From Candidatus Latescibacterota bacterium (lineage in GTDB: Bacteria; Latescibacterota; UBA2968; UBA8231): DNA of 64,000 nucleotides. The position numbers were made by a program, and so were the translations under genes. Within the stretch, counting starts at the first letter, position 1; the number at the start of each line of letters is the position of its first letter. The stretch is from the NCBI GenBank assembly GCA_965248265.1, contig CBDFJF010000001.1:1408001-1472000 (forward strand), in the 5' to 3' direction. Below the pieces are notes generated by a model, which was not told the origin of the DNA, did not search any database, and saw only the letters and a program-made list of their open reading frames with translations. Shown piece after piece: positions 1 through 9,371 of the stretch.

Positions 1-2
1 TG

Positions 3-221
3 TGGGGTTTCTTCTCCCCGTCCGCCGGCGATCCGACCCACGCTTTGGTCGTGAATCTGGACTACGAGCGCGAGGTCATGACAACCGCAGTCGGTCCCGC
101 AGCCATGGAAGAGTTCGACGCCGAACGCGGGAGTTGGCACCCGGCTTCGGATGGCTCGCGTGCGCAGTTGAATATTGCTCCAGGCGGCGGCAGGCTTCTG
201 CGCTTGAATGAGCGGACTTAA
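3..221 (+). CDS. 3' end of a hypothetical protein (partial at window edge)
   Basis: Frame 3 is open from base 3 to TAA 219-221 (WGFFSPSAGDPTHALVVNLDYERE...NIAPGGGRLLRLNERT*), reads as natural protein and ends 6 nt before the next ATG. Confidence 0.65.
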   Translation, partial: WGFFSPSAGDPTHALVVNLDYEREVMTTAVGPAAMEEFDAERGSWHPASDGSRAQLNIAPGGGRLLRLNERT

Positions 222-227
222 CCTCCC

Positions 228-1217
228 ATGCGCTTCGGCATCATCGGCTGCGGAGCCATCGCTTCCCAATCCTTCGCCCCGAGTCTCCTCAATTCCGAAC
301 AGGTAGATCTCGTCGCCGTGTGCCGCCGCGACGGGATCAAGGCGAAGGAATTCGCCGAGCAGTTCGGCGGCTGTGCGGCCTACGACTCTGCCAATGCCCT
401 GCTCGCCGGCCGGCAGGTTGAAGCCGTCATCGTCGCCACGCCTACCGACACGCACGCTGAGTACACCCTGGCGGCAGCGCAGGCGGGCAAGCATGTGCTG
501 TGCGAGAAGCCGATGGCTCGCAGCGGTGACGAGTGCCGTCTCATGATCGTAGCCTGCAAGACGGCTGGGGTTACGCTCGGAGTCGCCTATCGCCGCCGGT
601 TATTCCCACAGGTGCTGGCGGCGCAGGAGCTGATCGCCTCCGGTCGCATCGGCCGCGTCGTCTGCGTGCGCACCCATTACACCGGCTGGGGTGATCTGAC
701 AGCGGATGCCTGGCGGCTGCAGCCGGAAATCGGCGGCGCCCTCATGGAGATGGCCGTGCATCGCATCGAGGTCCTCCTCAATCTGGCTCCAGCCGCGCCC
801 GTCGACGTCAACGCACTAGTGGAGACCGTTCACCACACTTGGCCGGTCGACGACTCCGACGCCCTGTTGCTGCGCTTCGCCGATGGCACCATCGGCGTGC
901 ATTCCACCATCATGACGTCGAGACCTCGTCACGACTACGCACAGATCGACGGCACGGAGGGTCGGATCATCATCGACCCCCTGGAGTGTGATGTCGATCA
1001 GATTGAGATTGAGACTCCCGAAGGACGCGAGGTTGTTTCGGTACGGCCGCTGGTGCGGCCCTACTTCGATCAACCGATGATCGAGGACTTTGCGCGCGCT
1101 GCGAAGGATGGCCGCCCGCCTGTGTGCGACGCGGAGACTGGGTACCGCGTGCAATCAGTCGCGGACGCGGCAAGGGAATCGGCAACCTCCGGTCGCCGCA
1201 TCACCCTGGACCTGTGA
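228..1217 (+). CDS. Gfo/Idh/MocA family NAD(P)-dependent oxidoreductase
   Basis: GIIGCGAIA Rossmann motif, HVLCEKPMA motif, GGALMEMAVH. Confidence 0.92.
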   Translation: MRFGIIGCGAIASQSFAPSLLNSEQVDLVAVCRRDGIKAKEFAEQFGGCAAYDSANALLAGRQVEAVIVATPTDTHAEYTLAAAQAGKHVLCEKPMARSGDECRLMIVACKTAGVTLGVAYRRRLFPQVLAAQELIASGRIGRVVCVRTHYTGWGDLTADAWRLQPEIGGALMEMAVHRIEVLLNLAPAAPVDVNALVETVHHTWPVDDSDALLLRFADGTIGVHSTIMTSRPRHDYAQIDGTEGRIIIDPLECDVDQIEIETPEGREVVSVRPLVRPYFDQPMIEDFARAAKDGRPPVCDAETGYRVQSVADAARESATSGRRITLDL

Positions 1218-1244
1218 CCGTCGACACTGAGCACTCCGCCGCTT

Positions 1245-1342
1245 GGCGCCGTAGTGCTCGGTCGCACACACAGCACCAAAGGCTCTCCCCGATACTCAAA
1301 AAGCTTCCCATTCTCCGGATGAATGCGGATCACATCAGACAT
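1245..1342 (-). pseudogene. Truncated, frameshifted 5' gene remnant (MSDVIRIHPENGKLFEYRGEPLVL / CATEHYGA)
   Basis: GGAG RBS then ATG 1342; after a 1-nt shift the sequence continues TGT GCG ACC GAG CAC TAC GGC GCC; resembles the HPxNPHYFxFRGKP..EHYGA N-terminus I recall from putative glycoside-hydrolase-like proteins; no continuation. Confidence 0.5.
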
Positions 1343-1383
1343 GGCTTCTCCAATACCGCTAGTGCTCTGTTAAGAAATCGAGC

Positions 1384-1412
1384 TTGTACTTTGTCGTAAG
1401 TCGTGGTATCAT
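1384..1412 (+). promoter_or_regulatory. Sigma70-like transposase promoter
   Basis: TTGTAC-17 nt-TATCAT with TGn extended -10; AGGAGG RBS at 1435-1440. Confidence 0.55.
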
Positions 1413-1448
1413 GGATACATATGGTGAATCCGTCAGGAGGGTCATGCT

Positions 1449-2509
1449 ATGTGTCTCCATGCTCGTTCGCCGAACGCGGCGGAGTCTAAGGAACTGGGAC
1501 GGTGGCTGAAACGGCCTCGCAACGCCGTGCAGATGCGCCGTGGGCAGTTGATCTCGTTCAGCGCCCAGGGCATGCGCGTCCAGGAGATCTCGGATACACT
1601 GCATCTGCATGAGGAGTACGTTCGCCAGTTGATCCGCCAGTACAACGAAGGGGGATTGACGGTTTTGCGCACTCGGGCACGTCCGGGGCGTCCTTCGAAG
1701 TTGACGCCGGAGGACGAATCCGTGGTGGTGGAAATTGCCACGATGCCCCCCCGTGCATTCGGCCAGCCGTTCAACCAGTGGTCGTTGCGCAAGCTGACCG
1801 ACTGCCTGGTGGGACGGCAGATGATTCCCGAGGTTTCGCATGTGACCATCGGAAAAATCCTGGATCAACATAAGGTTACCTATCAACGGACGCGCACCTG
1901 GAAAGAATCAAAGGACCCGGAGTTTGTCTCTAAAAAAAACGCATCAGCCGACTCTACAAGCGGGCGCCGAAAGACACGGTCGTAGTCTGTTTCGACGAAC
2001 TGGGACCAGTCCAGATCAAGCCGCATGCCGGTGCTTCCTGGGCCCCACACAAGCGCCCGGTCCGGCATCGGGCAACCTATAGCCGCCACGGCGGCGTCAG
2101 CTATTTCTTTGGAGCCTATAACGTCCATGAGGACATCCTGTGGATGCATCACAAACCCAAGAAACATGCGTCGGTCGTACTCGATTTCCTCAAGGCCATT
2201 CGGCTCCGCTATCGCACGGCGGAGCGGATCTATGTCGTCATGGATAATCTGTCGACGCACAAGACACCGCCGATCTTGCAGTGGTGCCGACGAAACCGGG
2301 TCTCGCCGGTCTTCACCGCCACCAACGCGTCATGGATGAATCGGCTCGAATGTCACCTCACCGCAGCCCATTATTTCGTCATTAAAAACAGCGATCCCAA
2401 CGATCATCGAGAAGTCGGCCAGCGCATGCAGGAGTACCTGAGGTGGCGAAACAAGAACACGGACAACGCCAAGCTGGCCAAAGTCCAAAACTCAATGCCC
2501 ACTCTTTAA
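1449..2509 (+). CDS. IS630 transposase, two ORFs joined by -1 frameshift (~353 aa)
   Basis: ORF-A 1449-1985 has HTH, PGRPSKLT and WSLRKL; A8 run 1932-1939 (A AAA AAC); -1 frame reads KRISRLYKR..VVCFDE..VMDNLSTH..WMNRLE (DDE triad) to TAA 2507-2509. Confidence 0.92.
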
Positions 2510-2527
2510 CAGAGCACTAGTGAGCGA

Positions 2528-3796
2528 TCATGGCCGGGGCCGCCGCTGCCACCGCGGCCAATCCACCTCTTCGCGATCGCTCTCAGCTTTGAGGGGGATC
2601 TCGTACAGATGCACGGCATACGGCGCGAAAGAATCTTCGAACACGCCTCCCGCGACATCGACCAGCCTGTTTTCGAAGCGCACGGCGGCACGGTCTGCGA
2701 GGCCGCGGTCGGGTACCGCAACCGTGAACCGGGCTTCGATCGGTGAATCGAAGCCGTTGACGGCAATCAGGAAGTACCCGCCCTCGGTCTGGTGCAGTGA
2801 GTGATGCAGGGCGGTGTATCCCATTGCCCCGGGTTCGGCGAAGCCTTCCACGATTTCCACCTGAATCGCCGCAGCCACCCGCGGCGCTACGATGTATGGC
2901 GTCAGCGTTCGCAACTCCGCCGTCAGGTCCGCCCACTGCGCCCAGTATGCCGGTCTGTCGGTCACCCACCACTCGCCATAGTGGAAGGCTTTGTAGATGA
3001 CGCCGCTGATGCCGTGCGTGACCGCCATGTAGGTCATGCAGCGGACCTCTGCGATGGTCGGATGGCGCTTGTTCTCTTCTCGTCCCCCCAGCCCCATCAT
3101 CTGTAACACCATCCACCCCGGGTTGCCCGCCCCGCCTTCAACCACGGCATCGGAGTATTGGGCAACCGAGACCAGGGGGTTCGCGGGAACCGGGCGCACC
3201 AGGTCGGATTGGATGTCTGCGACTACCCTATAATCTTGATGGTCCCTGAGCCGTCCGTAGGACAGCTCAACCCGCACCGGGTGAACCGGATCGAGCCTCT
3301 TGATCAACTCGTACGCGGGCACGAAGTCCTGAGGCGGCATCCTGTAGGGACGGTCGGCGTGCGGTGTATCCTCGTGCTCGGGTCCGCTGAGGCGCAAATC
3401 GGGCTCATGTTCCAACTCCCAGGTCAGCAGTCCGGGGGCGTCGCGACAGGCCAGGACGATCTGCTCCACCCGCTCCAGGCTCTCCCACACACCGTTGGTC
3501 AGTGATGCCGCCGCGTACATGCCGTTGGCATAGGCATCATCTATGTCCATCCGGAATGTCTGTGGGTCTGCCCCCAATCCGTGGGTGGTGGCCAGGTTGA
3601 AACCCTTCTCGCCCGCCTCGGGCAGGGAAAAGTGCCAGTGCGCCGCATGGTCTATGCCTACCGGGAAGAACGGCTTCCCGTTCACGAGGAGACCCTCAGG
3701 CCGGATCTCGACACTCGCCACCGGTGGCGGCGTGTCCGCCGCTAGCGGCAACCCGCTCAGCGCCATGATCCCATTGAGTACGGACGTCTTCATCAT
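2528..3796 (-). CDS. Secreted glycoside-hydrolase-like TIM-barrel protein
   Basis: Signal-like N-terminus, LLVNGKPFFPVG, WELEHEP, EVRCMTYMAVTHG, C-terminal FEDSFAPYAVHLY. Confidence 0.6.
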   Translation of the reverse strand: MMKTSVLNGIMALSGLPLAADTPPPVASVEIRPEGLLVNGKPFFPVGIDHAAHWHFSLPEAGEKGFNLATTHGLGADPQTFRMDIDDAYANGMYAAASLTNGVWESLERVEQIVLACRDAPGLLTWELEHEPDLRLSGPEHEDTPHADRPYRMPPQDFVPAYELIKRLDPVHPVRVELSYGRLRDHQDYRVVADIQSDLVRPVPANPLVSVAQYSDAVVEGGAGNPGWMVLQMMGLGGREENKRHPTIAEVRCMTYMAVTHGISGVIYKAFHYGEWWVTDRPAYWAQWADLTAELRTLTPYIVAPRVAAAIQVEIVEGFAEPGAMGYTALHHSLHQTEGGYFLIAVNGFDSPIEARFTVAVPDRGLADRAAVRFENRLVDVAGGVFEDSFAPYAVHLYEIPLKAESDREEVDWPRWQRRPRP

Positions 3797-5220
3797 CCCG
3801 ACTCCCAGGTTCGTTCGCAGCGGGCGTAGATCCCCCGCGCTTCGCCGTTACGCGTATCCAGGGCAACGGTCAGGCGGTTCGTGCCGTGCTTGGATACCAG
3901 GCGCAGCGACGTCGCGTCTTGAACCGCCGGACTGATTCCGGGGCCCTCGAAAACTTCCTGCCCGTTCCACCACACCCTCACCGGCCCATCGTAGCCGAGA
4001 TGGATATCGACGAGGTCCCAGGGGCCCACTTCGATGTCCTTGACGAAGTAGATGAGTCCGCCACGGCCGCCGATAACATTGCCGGCATCGATGAAGTTGT
4101 GGCCCGGTGTATGAGGGGTGCCGTCCTCCGGAATGCGTACTGGGCGGAACTTCAGTGCTCCAGAATCAGGATCTGGCTCAACAGCCTCCTCCAGACCTCG
4201 ATGGGCCTCCACCAGATCGCTGACCAGCATCTCATCGATGAACTCGGCTCCGAAAAGGACATCGGCAACGTAGATATCGGGCTTGACCCACTGATCTATC
4301 TTCGGGTCTTCGTTGGCGATGGCGTTGCTGTAGAAGCTCAAGGAAAACCGATGGCTGTTGTCCTCACGGCGGGCCACGCCCATGTAGGAGTTGTCCGGGT
4401 GCGGGCCGGTAGGCAGCACGCAGATCAGGAAGCATTCGCCGTCGATGACCCTGAAGATGCCGGTGTGCGCGGCATGGTCCTCTTGTGCGTGTATGCGGAT
4501 GTCGACCGGGTCCCAGCGGCCCGAGATGTAGACCTGGCCATCCACGGTCCAGCAGGCGGGACCGGTAATCCTGACGTCCAATTGCTGCATGTCCCAAGTT
4601 TCGAACGGGTACTGGCTGCGGCACAGTTTGGGTTTCTTCAACCCGGTCTCACACCGCATCAGCATGGTCGCCGTCCCGTCTGGCAGTATCTCCAGGTAGC
4701 ACTCGTTGGCCTGGTCCTCCTCTGAGTCGTTGATGGGGCGGACCTCGACCCAGTTGTGGCCATCTTCACTCTCGAACCAGTGCACCCCGTACCCTGGTGT
4801 GTACCGGCATCCGGCGCAGTAGTGCTTGCCGCGATGCCAGACGGGACGCCACAGGGCACAACCGTAGGTCCCCTCATAGGGCTCGAAGGGCGTCCAGTGA
4901 TCACCGTCCTCCGTGACCGCACAACCCGATACCACCGGGAGGTCGCCGATGGGATCCACGTAGCAGGTGCAGTACAACCTGCACCCGTCGGTGTATAGGT
5001 GAGCATCGCGCGTGTCAAAATGACCGCGCAGCACGGCTACCGTGTCCCAGGTGACCCCGGCGTCGCGGCTGCGCTGGACGATGACTCGACCGGAATCGTG
5101 CTCCCAGTGGACATCACCCTGGCGATAGCCGACGTAGAGATCCCCCTTGAACCAGCTCGCCCCCGTAAATGCATTGTGGTGGCGATCATTCGTTATGCGA
5201 CGAGTACTCAGAACCTTCAT
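3793..5220 (-). CDS. Asp-box (BNR/sialidase-like) beta-propeller with C-terminal jelly-roll, paralogue 1
   Basis: HNAFT, SRDAGVTW, DTRDA, TEDGDHW, SEDGHNW, DNSYMG; C-terminal LGYDGPVRVWWNG; close paralogues at 40844 and 42294. Confidence 0.75.
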   Translation of the reverse strand: MKVLSTRRITNDRHHNAFTGASWFKGDLYVGYRQGDVHWEHDSGRVIVQRSRDAGVTWDTVAVLRGHFDTRDAHLYTDGCRLYCTCYVDPIGDLPVVSGCAVTEDGDHWTPFEPYEGTYGCALWRPVWHRGKHYCAGCRYTPGYGVHWFESEDGHNWVEVRPINDSEEDQANECYLEILPDGTATMLMRCETGLKKPKLCRSQYPFETWDMQQLDVRITGPACWTVDGQVYISGRWDPVDIRIHAQEDHAAHTGIFRVIDGECFLICVLPTGPHPDNSYMGVARREDNSHRFSLSFYSNAIANEDPKIDQWVKPDIYVADVLFGAEFIDEMLVSDLVEAHRGLEEAVEPDPDSGALKFRPVRIPEDGTPHTPGHNFIDAGNVIGGRGGLIYFVKDIEVGPWDLVDIHLGYDGPVRVWWNGQEVFEGPGISPAVQDATSLRLVSKHGTNRLTVALDTRNGEARGIYARCERTWESG

Positions 5221-5255
5221 AAAGATGGATCCTCCGTTGGCTGACTTAATAGCTA

Positions 5256-6074
5256 CTATTGTTTTGGCCGAATGTGCTGGTTCATTGCCCAGGCAGGATA
5301 ACTGTTGTAGAGCTCGACTCCAGGATAGGGTTGGCCCAGCGGTTGGGGAGGGACCATCATGCGACCGGTTGTCGGCCTCATGTCACTCATGACGTACCGC
5401 AGTCCCACCGACCTCATGGTGCGGGCGGATGGCACGTTCCAGGGTGCGGTGACGGCCATGACGAGCCGGCCGTTTTGCAATATCCAGCGTCCGGCCGCAC
5501 CTACAGTCGCTCGCCCCAGCCCGCGCCCCTTGGCTTGGGGAGCCGCCTCAACGCCGATTTCCCAGACCTTTTCGAAGGTCTGGTAGACCGTGGCCAGCGC
5601 CGCGAGCTCGTCGTCTTCGAAAATGCCGAATCCCATGACCGCGTCCTGTTGCGGGCAGTGCCAGAAAATGTCGAAGTCGACGGCCGTGGCCAGTTGATCT
5701 GGTGTGAGCTGGACAGGACGGTCGTCGTCGGGTGGATCAAAGCTGCGTTCGTCGCCTGCATAATACCAGCTTGGTCCCCAGACGCCTATTCCGTCGGGCA
5801 AGGTAACCCGTGCCATCTGGTAGGCACCGAGAATCGAGAACAGTTCTTCGGGAGCGAGGTGCTCAACCACCGCATGCAGTGGTTCCACCCATTGCTCGCG
5901 AGCGCTCACCACGCCACGGTCTCCTATCCTCACGGCCCACAGAGGACGCGCTTCGCTCTGTCGCTTTTCCCTCGCCACTACTGGAATGGGGTCGGCGTCT
6001 AGAGCGTCAAGGCCGACGCCCAACCTCTCCTCCAATTCAGTGCGCAGGGGCGGGAAGTCGTCGAGAGCAGTCAC
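5256..6074 (-). CDS. GNAT-family N-acetyltransferase (C-terminal GNAT domain)
   Basis: WEIGVEAAPQAKGRGLGRAT acetyl-CoA motif, NVPSARTMRSVG. Confidence 0.8.
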   Translation of the reverse strand: MTALDDFPPLRTELEERLGVGLDALDADPIPVVAREKRQSEARPLWAVRIGDRGVVSAREQWVEPLHAVVEHLAPEELFSILGAYQMARVTLPDGIGVWGPSWYYAGDERSFDPPDDDRPVQLTPDQLATAVDFDIFWHCPQQDAVMGFGIFEDDELAALATVYQTFEKVWEIGVEAAPQAKGRGLGRATVGAAGRWILQNGRLVMAVTAPWNVPSARTMRSVGLRYVMSDMRPTTGRMMVPPQPLGQPYPGVELYNSYPAWAMNQHIRPKQ

Positions 6075-7774
6075 CGGTCCTCACCTTCCACAACCACTGA
6101 ATAGGCGTTTACCGGTAAATCCTTCAGACGCTGCAAGTCCCCTCCCGGCCAATAAATATGAAGCGAATCAACTGCCGTCTCCCCACCAAGGCCAAAGTGT
6201 AACCGGCGATCGCTGCTGCTCAAGAAACTGTCACCGCAAAGCACATCCCGCCTTTGTTGCCGACCACCACTCCACAAGTACACCCTGGCCCCTACTCCCT
6301 GACTATTGGCCGCTTCCCCCACCAGACGCAGCCCCAGCCAATTGTGCTGCCCACCAACGACATTGCGCCACAGTGTCGGCCGCTGGTTGAGATTGGTGAC
6401 GAACAGGTCCAGGCGACCGTCGTTGTCAAAATCCCCCGACACCACTCCCCTGCTGATCGCTCCAGTTCGAATCGCCCCCGACGCCGGCCATACTAACGTG
6501 AACAGGCCGCCGTCGTTGTCGTAAAGGTGGTTGGCCTGCCCGTAGGTGGTGGCACTGCCCGTCACCTCGATCTGGGGATAGACATGGCCGTTGGCGACAA
6601 ACAGATCCAGGTCGGCGTCGTTGTCATGATCGATAAAAACCGTACCGAACCCGACAAAGGGCAGACTGGTGCTGGCCAGACCAACGTCAGTGCTCATGTC
6701 TTTGAAGGTGCCGTTCCCCTGATTGCGGTAGAGGGTGTTGTAGTCGTCTTCAAAATTGGTGACGAAGAGATCCGGAGCCCCGTCGTTGTCGTAGTCACCC
6801 AGAGCCGCTCCCATTCCGGCCTGGGCCAGTCCCATTTCGTTGAAGGCCGCATTGGCCCGCAGACCCATCTCGACGAAGGTACCGTCTCCGTTGTTGCGGT
6901 AGAGAAAGTTGGGCGTCGAGTCGTTGGCGATATAAAGATCGGCGTCGCCGTCGCTGTCGATGTCGGCGAACAGCACCCCAAACCCGTAGCCGGGTTCTTC
7001 TTGACCCAACCCGCTGGCAGCGGCGATCTCGGTAAAAGTGCCATCGCCGTTGTTGCGGTAGAATTGATCTGGCAGCGCCGGAAGGCTCAAAGGGCCGATG
7101 AAGACATCCTTGCCCTTCCACTGCGCGCCCAGGGGCCGAATGGCTCCAGGCTGAAAATCAACATAGTTGGTCACGTACAGATCCAGATCGCCGTCCAGAT
7201 CGCCGTCTCCCATGGCTGCCCCGGTACTCCACACCGGCACCGGTACTCCCGCCTGAGCCGTCACGTCGGCGAAGCCCCCGCCATCGTTGCGGTAGAGGAT
7301 ATTCTGCTGCAAGCAGGTGACATACAAATCGGCATCGCCGTCGTTGTCGTAGTCGGCGCTCAGCGCCCCCATACCCCAGCCGTAGCCCGTCACCCCCTGC
7401 GCTGGGGCGACATCAGTGAAACCCGTTTCGCCGTCGTTGCGGTAGAGGGCATTGCCCGCACCCCTCCCCGGGTCTTCCAGCTGGGCGCCATTGACCCAAT
7501 AAATGTCCAGATCGCCGTCCCCCTCAGCATCCAGCAATGCCGCCCCACCACCTTTGGCCTCAACGATGTAGCGCTTTTCCGGACCACCGCCCTCATGGGG
7601 CCGGGTCACACCCCACGCCGGTGACATATCGACGAACGGGCCTTGCGCGCCCGTCGCGGTTGCACGGGAAGGAAGATCGGCTGGTGGAGTTGACTGAGAA
7701 CAGGAAACCACGACGATCAGCGCCATAGCGTGGAGAGCCCACATTCCGCTCGGGCATTTTCCGGTTCCTGCCAT
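6071..7774 (-). CDS. CRTAC1 family protein (FG-GAP repeats + ASPIC/UnbV), probable lipoprotein
   Basis: Repeated DYDNDGDADLYV-type motifs, GVGARV, SFLSSSDRRLHFGLG, WPGG; start uncertain (7774 or 7744); lipobox-like VVSC. Confidence 0.9.
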   Translation of the reverse strand: MAGTGKCPSGMWALHAMALIVVVSCSQSTPPADLPSRATATGAQGPFVDMSPAWGVTRPHEGGGPEKRYIVEAKGGGAALLDAEGDGDLDIYWVNGAQLEDPGRGAGNALYRNDGETGFTDVAPAQGVTGYGWGMGALSADYDNDGDADLYVTCLQQNILYRNDGGGFADVTAQAGVPVPVWSTGAAMGDGDLDGDLDLYVTNYVDFQPGAIRPLGAQWKGKDVFIGPLSLPALPDQFYRNNGDGTFTEIAAASGLGQEEPGYGFGVLFADIDSDGDADLYIANDSTPNFLYRNNGDGTFVEMGLRANAAFNEMGLAQAGMGAALGDYDNDGAPDLFVTNFEDDYNTLYRNQGNGTFKDMSTDVGLASTSLPFVGFGTVFIDHDNDADLDLFVANGHVYPQIEVTGSATTYGQANHLYDNDGGLFTLVWPASGAIRTGAISRGVVSGDFDNDGRLDLFVTNLNQRPTLWRNVVGGQHNWLGLRLVGEAANSQGVGARVYLWSGGRQQRRDVLCGDSFLSSSDRRLHFGLGGETAVDSLHIYWPGGDLQRLKDLPVNAYSVVVEGEDR

Positions 7775-7882
7775 ATCAACGCCTGTTGCGCGACGATTGG
7801 GTTTCGTTCGCCCGGCACCTACATTTGCTTTTGCTCGTAAACGAATTTTCAACTCTGTCGCCCGTCATCCCGGAGGGATTAG

Positions 7883-9343
7883 GTGCAATTCCCGAGGCCA
7901 TACCTTCTCGCCTTGACCAGCCTGATCGCCGCCTGCGGCGCTGACGACGCGGCGCTGCAGTCCAAAGACAAGGAGCTCGCTGTCCAGCTCAACCAGCGCG
8001 GCAGCGCGTTGTTACAGCAGGGTCGGGTGCGAAGCGCCCTCACCGCTCTCGAACAAGCCGCGACCTATGACCCCACTTTGGATCGAGCTCACTTCCACCG
8101 TGGCCTCGCCCATACCCGCCTCGACCAGTACGACCAGGCCCTGGCCGCCTTCGAACGGGCCATCGACCTCAATCCCCGCGTGGCCGGCTACTATTACGCC
8201 CTGGGCAACACACTGCGGACTCAACACCGCTACGCGGACGCGGTCACGCAATTGCAAAGAGCCATCGAGCTGGCCCCCGACCAACCCCGTTATCACTTTA
8301 GTCTTGGGGAGGCTTTCCGCTCCCTGATCTCTCTCGAAAAAGCAGAAGAGGCCTATGCTGCGGCCCTCCGCCTGCAACCGGAATTCAACGAGGCCCGCTA
8401 CCGGCACAGCGACCTGCTGGGCCGCAGGGGCGACCTGGCCGGGGCGGCGGCGGGCTTTGAACGCATCCTCGCCCAGGAACCTCGCAATGTCGATGCCCAT
8501 ATCGGATTGGCCTGGGTCCATTCCAAAGCTGAACAATACGACAGGGCCGTCCGATCTTTGCAGCGGGCTACCCGACTGGCCCCCTTCAACGCCAACGCTC
8601 ACTATCTCTTGAGCCAGGCCTATGCCCAGGCCGGCCAGGAAGCCCGGGCTGATTCCGTGCTGGCGATGTTCAAGCGCCTGGGCACCACTGAGCGCCGCTA
8701 CAACGAGGGCGTCAAGCACATGAAACAAGGGAATTGGAGTCAGGCCAACGCTCTTTTAACCCAGGCTATCCAATCCGATTCCACCTACCTGAAGGCCTAT
8801 ATCCGCCTTGGCACCGTGCACCTCTTTCAAAACGATCTCGACGAGGGCATAGCCGTCTTAATGCAGGCCCTCGAGCTCGATCCAGGCAATGTCGAAGTCC
8901 AATGCTCTTTGGGCGAGGCCTACCTGACTAAAAAAACCCCCGACATGGCTCACCGCTTTTTTGCCGCCGCCCTGGACCTGGATTCCACCTCGGTGCGGGC
9001 CCAACACGGTCGGGGCGCAGCAGCCTACCAAAGCGGCGACTGGACGAGTGCGGCAGCCGCTTTCCAAACGGCGCTAACCATCGATCCCGACTACCGCGAC
9101 AGCCACTACCAATTGGGCTTGACCTACTTGAAACTGGGTAAACACCGCAAAGCGGGATACAGCCTGCAGCAGTGCCTCGAAATCAACCCTGACGACGTCC
9201 AGGCCAACTACGTGCTGGGCACCATGTTCTTGCGATACGGCCCTGCGAAGCTGGCGCGGCAGGCCTTCGACAAGGTGCTTGAACAAGATCCCAACCACGT
9301 CAGAGCACGGGAGAAGCTGGCGCAACTGGATCAGAAAGAATGA
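7883..9343 (+). CDS. Tetratricopeptide repeat lipoprotein
   Basis: GGAGG RBS + GTG; LIAAC lipobox; about 12 TPR units (A..L.P pattern). Confidence 0.9.
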   Translation: MQFPRPYLLALTSLIAACGADDAALQSKDKELAVQLNQRGSALLQQGRVRSALTALEQAATYDPTLDRAHFHRGLAHTRLDQYDQALAAFERAIDLNPRVAGYYYALGNTLRTQHRYADAVTQLQRAIELAPDQPRYHFSLGEAFRSLISLEKAEEAYAAALRLQPEFNEARYRHSDLLGRRGDLAGAAAGFERILAQEPRNVDAHIGLAWVHSKAEQYDRAVRSLQRATRLAPFNANAHYLLSQAYAQAGQEARADSVLAMFKRLGTTERRYNEGVKHMKQGNWSQANALLTQAIQSDSTYLKAYIRLGTVHLFQNDLDEGIAVLMQALELDPGNVEVQCSLGEAYLTKKTPDMAHRFFAAALDLDSTSVRAQHGRGAAAYQSGDWTSAAAAFQTALTIDPDYRDSHYQLGLTYLKLGKHRKAGYSLQQCLEINPDDVQANYVLGTMFLRYGPAKLARQAFDKVLEQDPNHVRAREKLAQLDQKE

Positions 9344-9371
9344 ACTCTACTACCTCGTGCTAGTGACCGTG

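Larger units (their letters stand above)
1362..2517 (+). mobile_element. IS630-family insertion sequence
   Basis: Perfect inverted repeats CTAGTGCTCTGTTAA (1359-1373) and TTAACAGAGCACTAG (2506-2520), including flanking TA at 1360-1361 and 2518-2519 (typical IS630 target duplication); encodes HTH + DDE transposase. Confidence 0.95.

Noticed and set aside
2-211. 69-aa ORF in the provided track
   Set aside because: Arg-rich junk frame; frame 3 (3-221) is the natural-looking gene end
1359-1886. Antisense ORFs inside the IS as passenger genes
   Set aside because: They fully overlap the transposase and have no recognisable motifs
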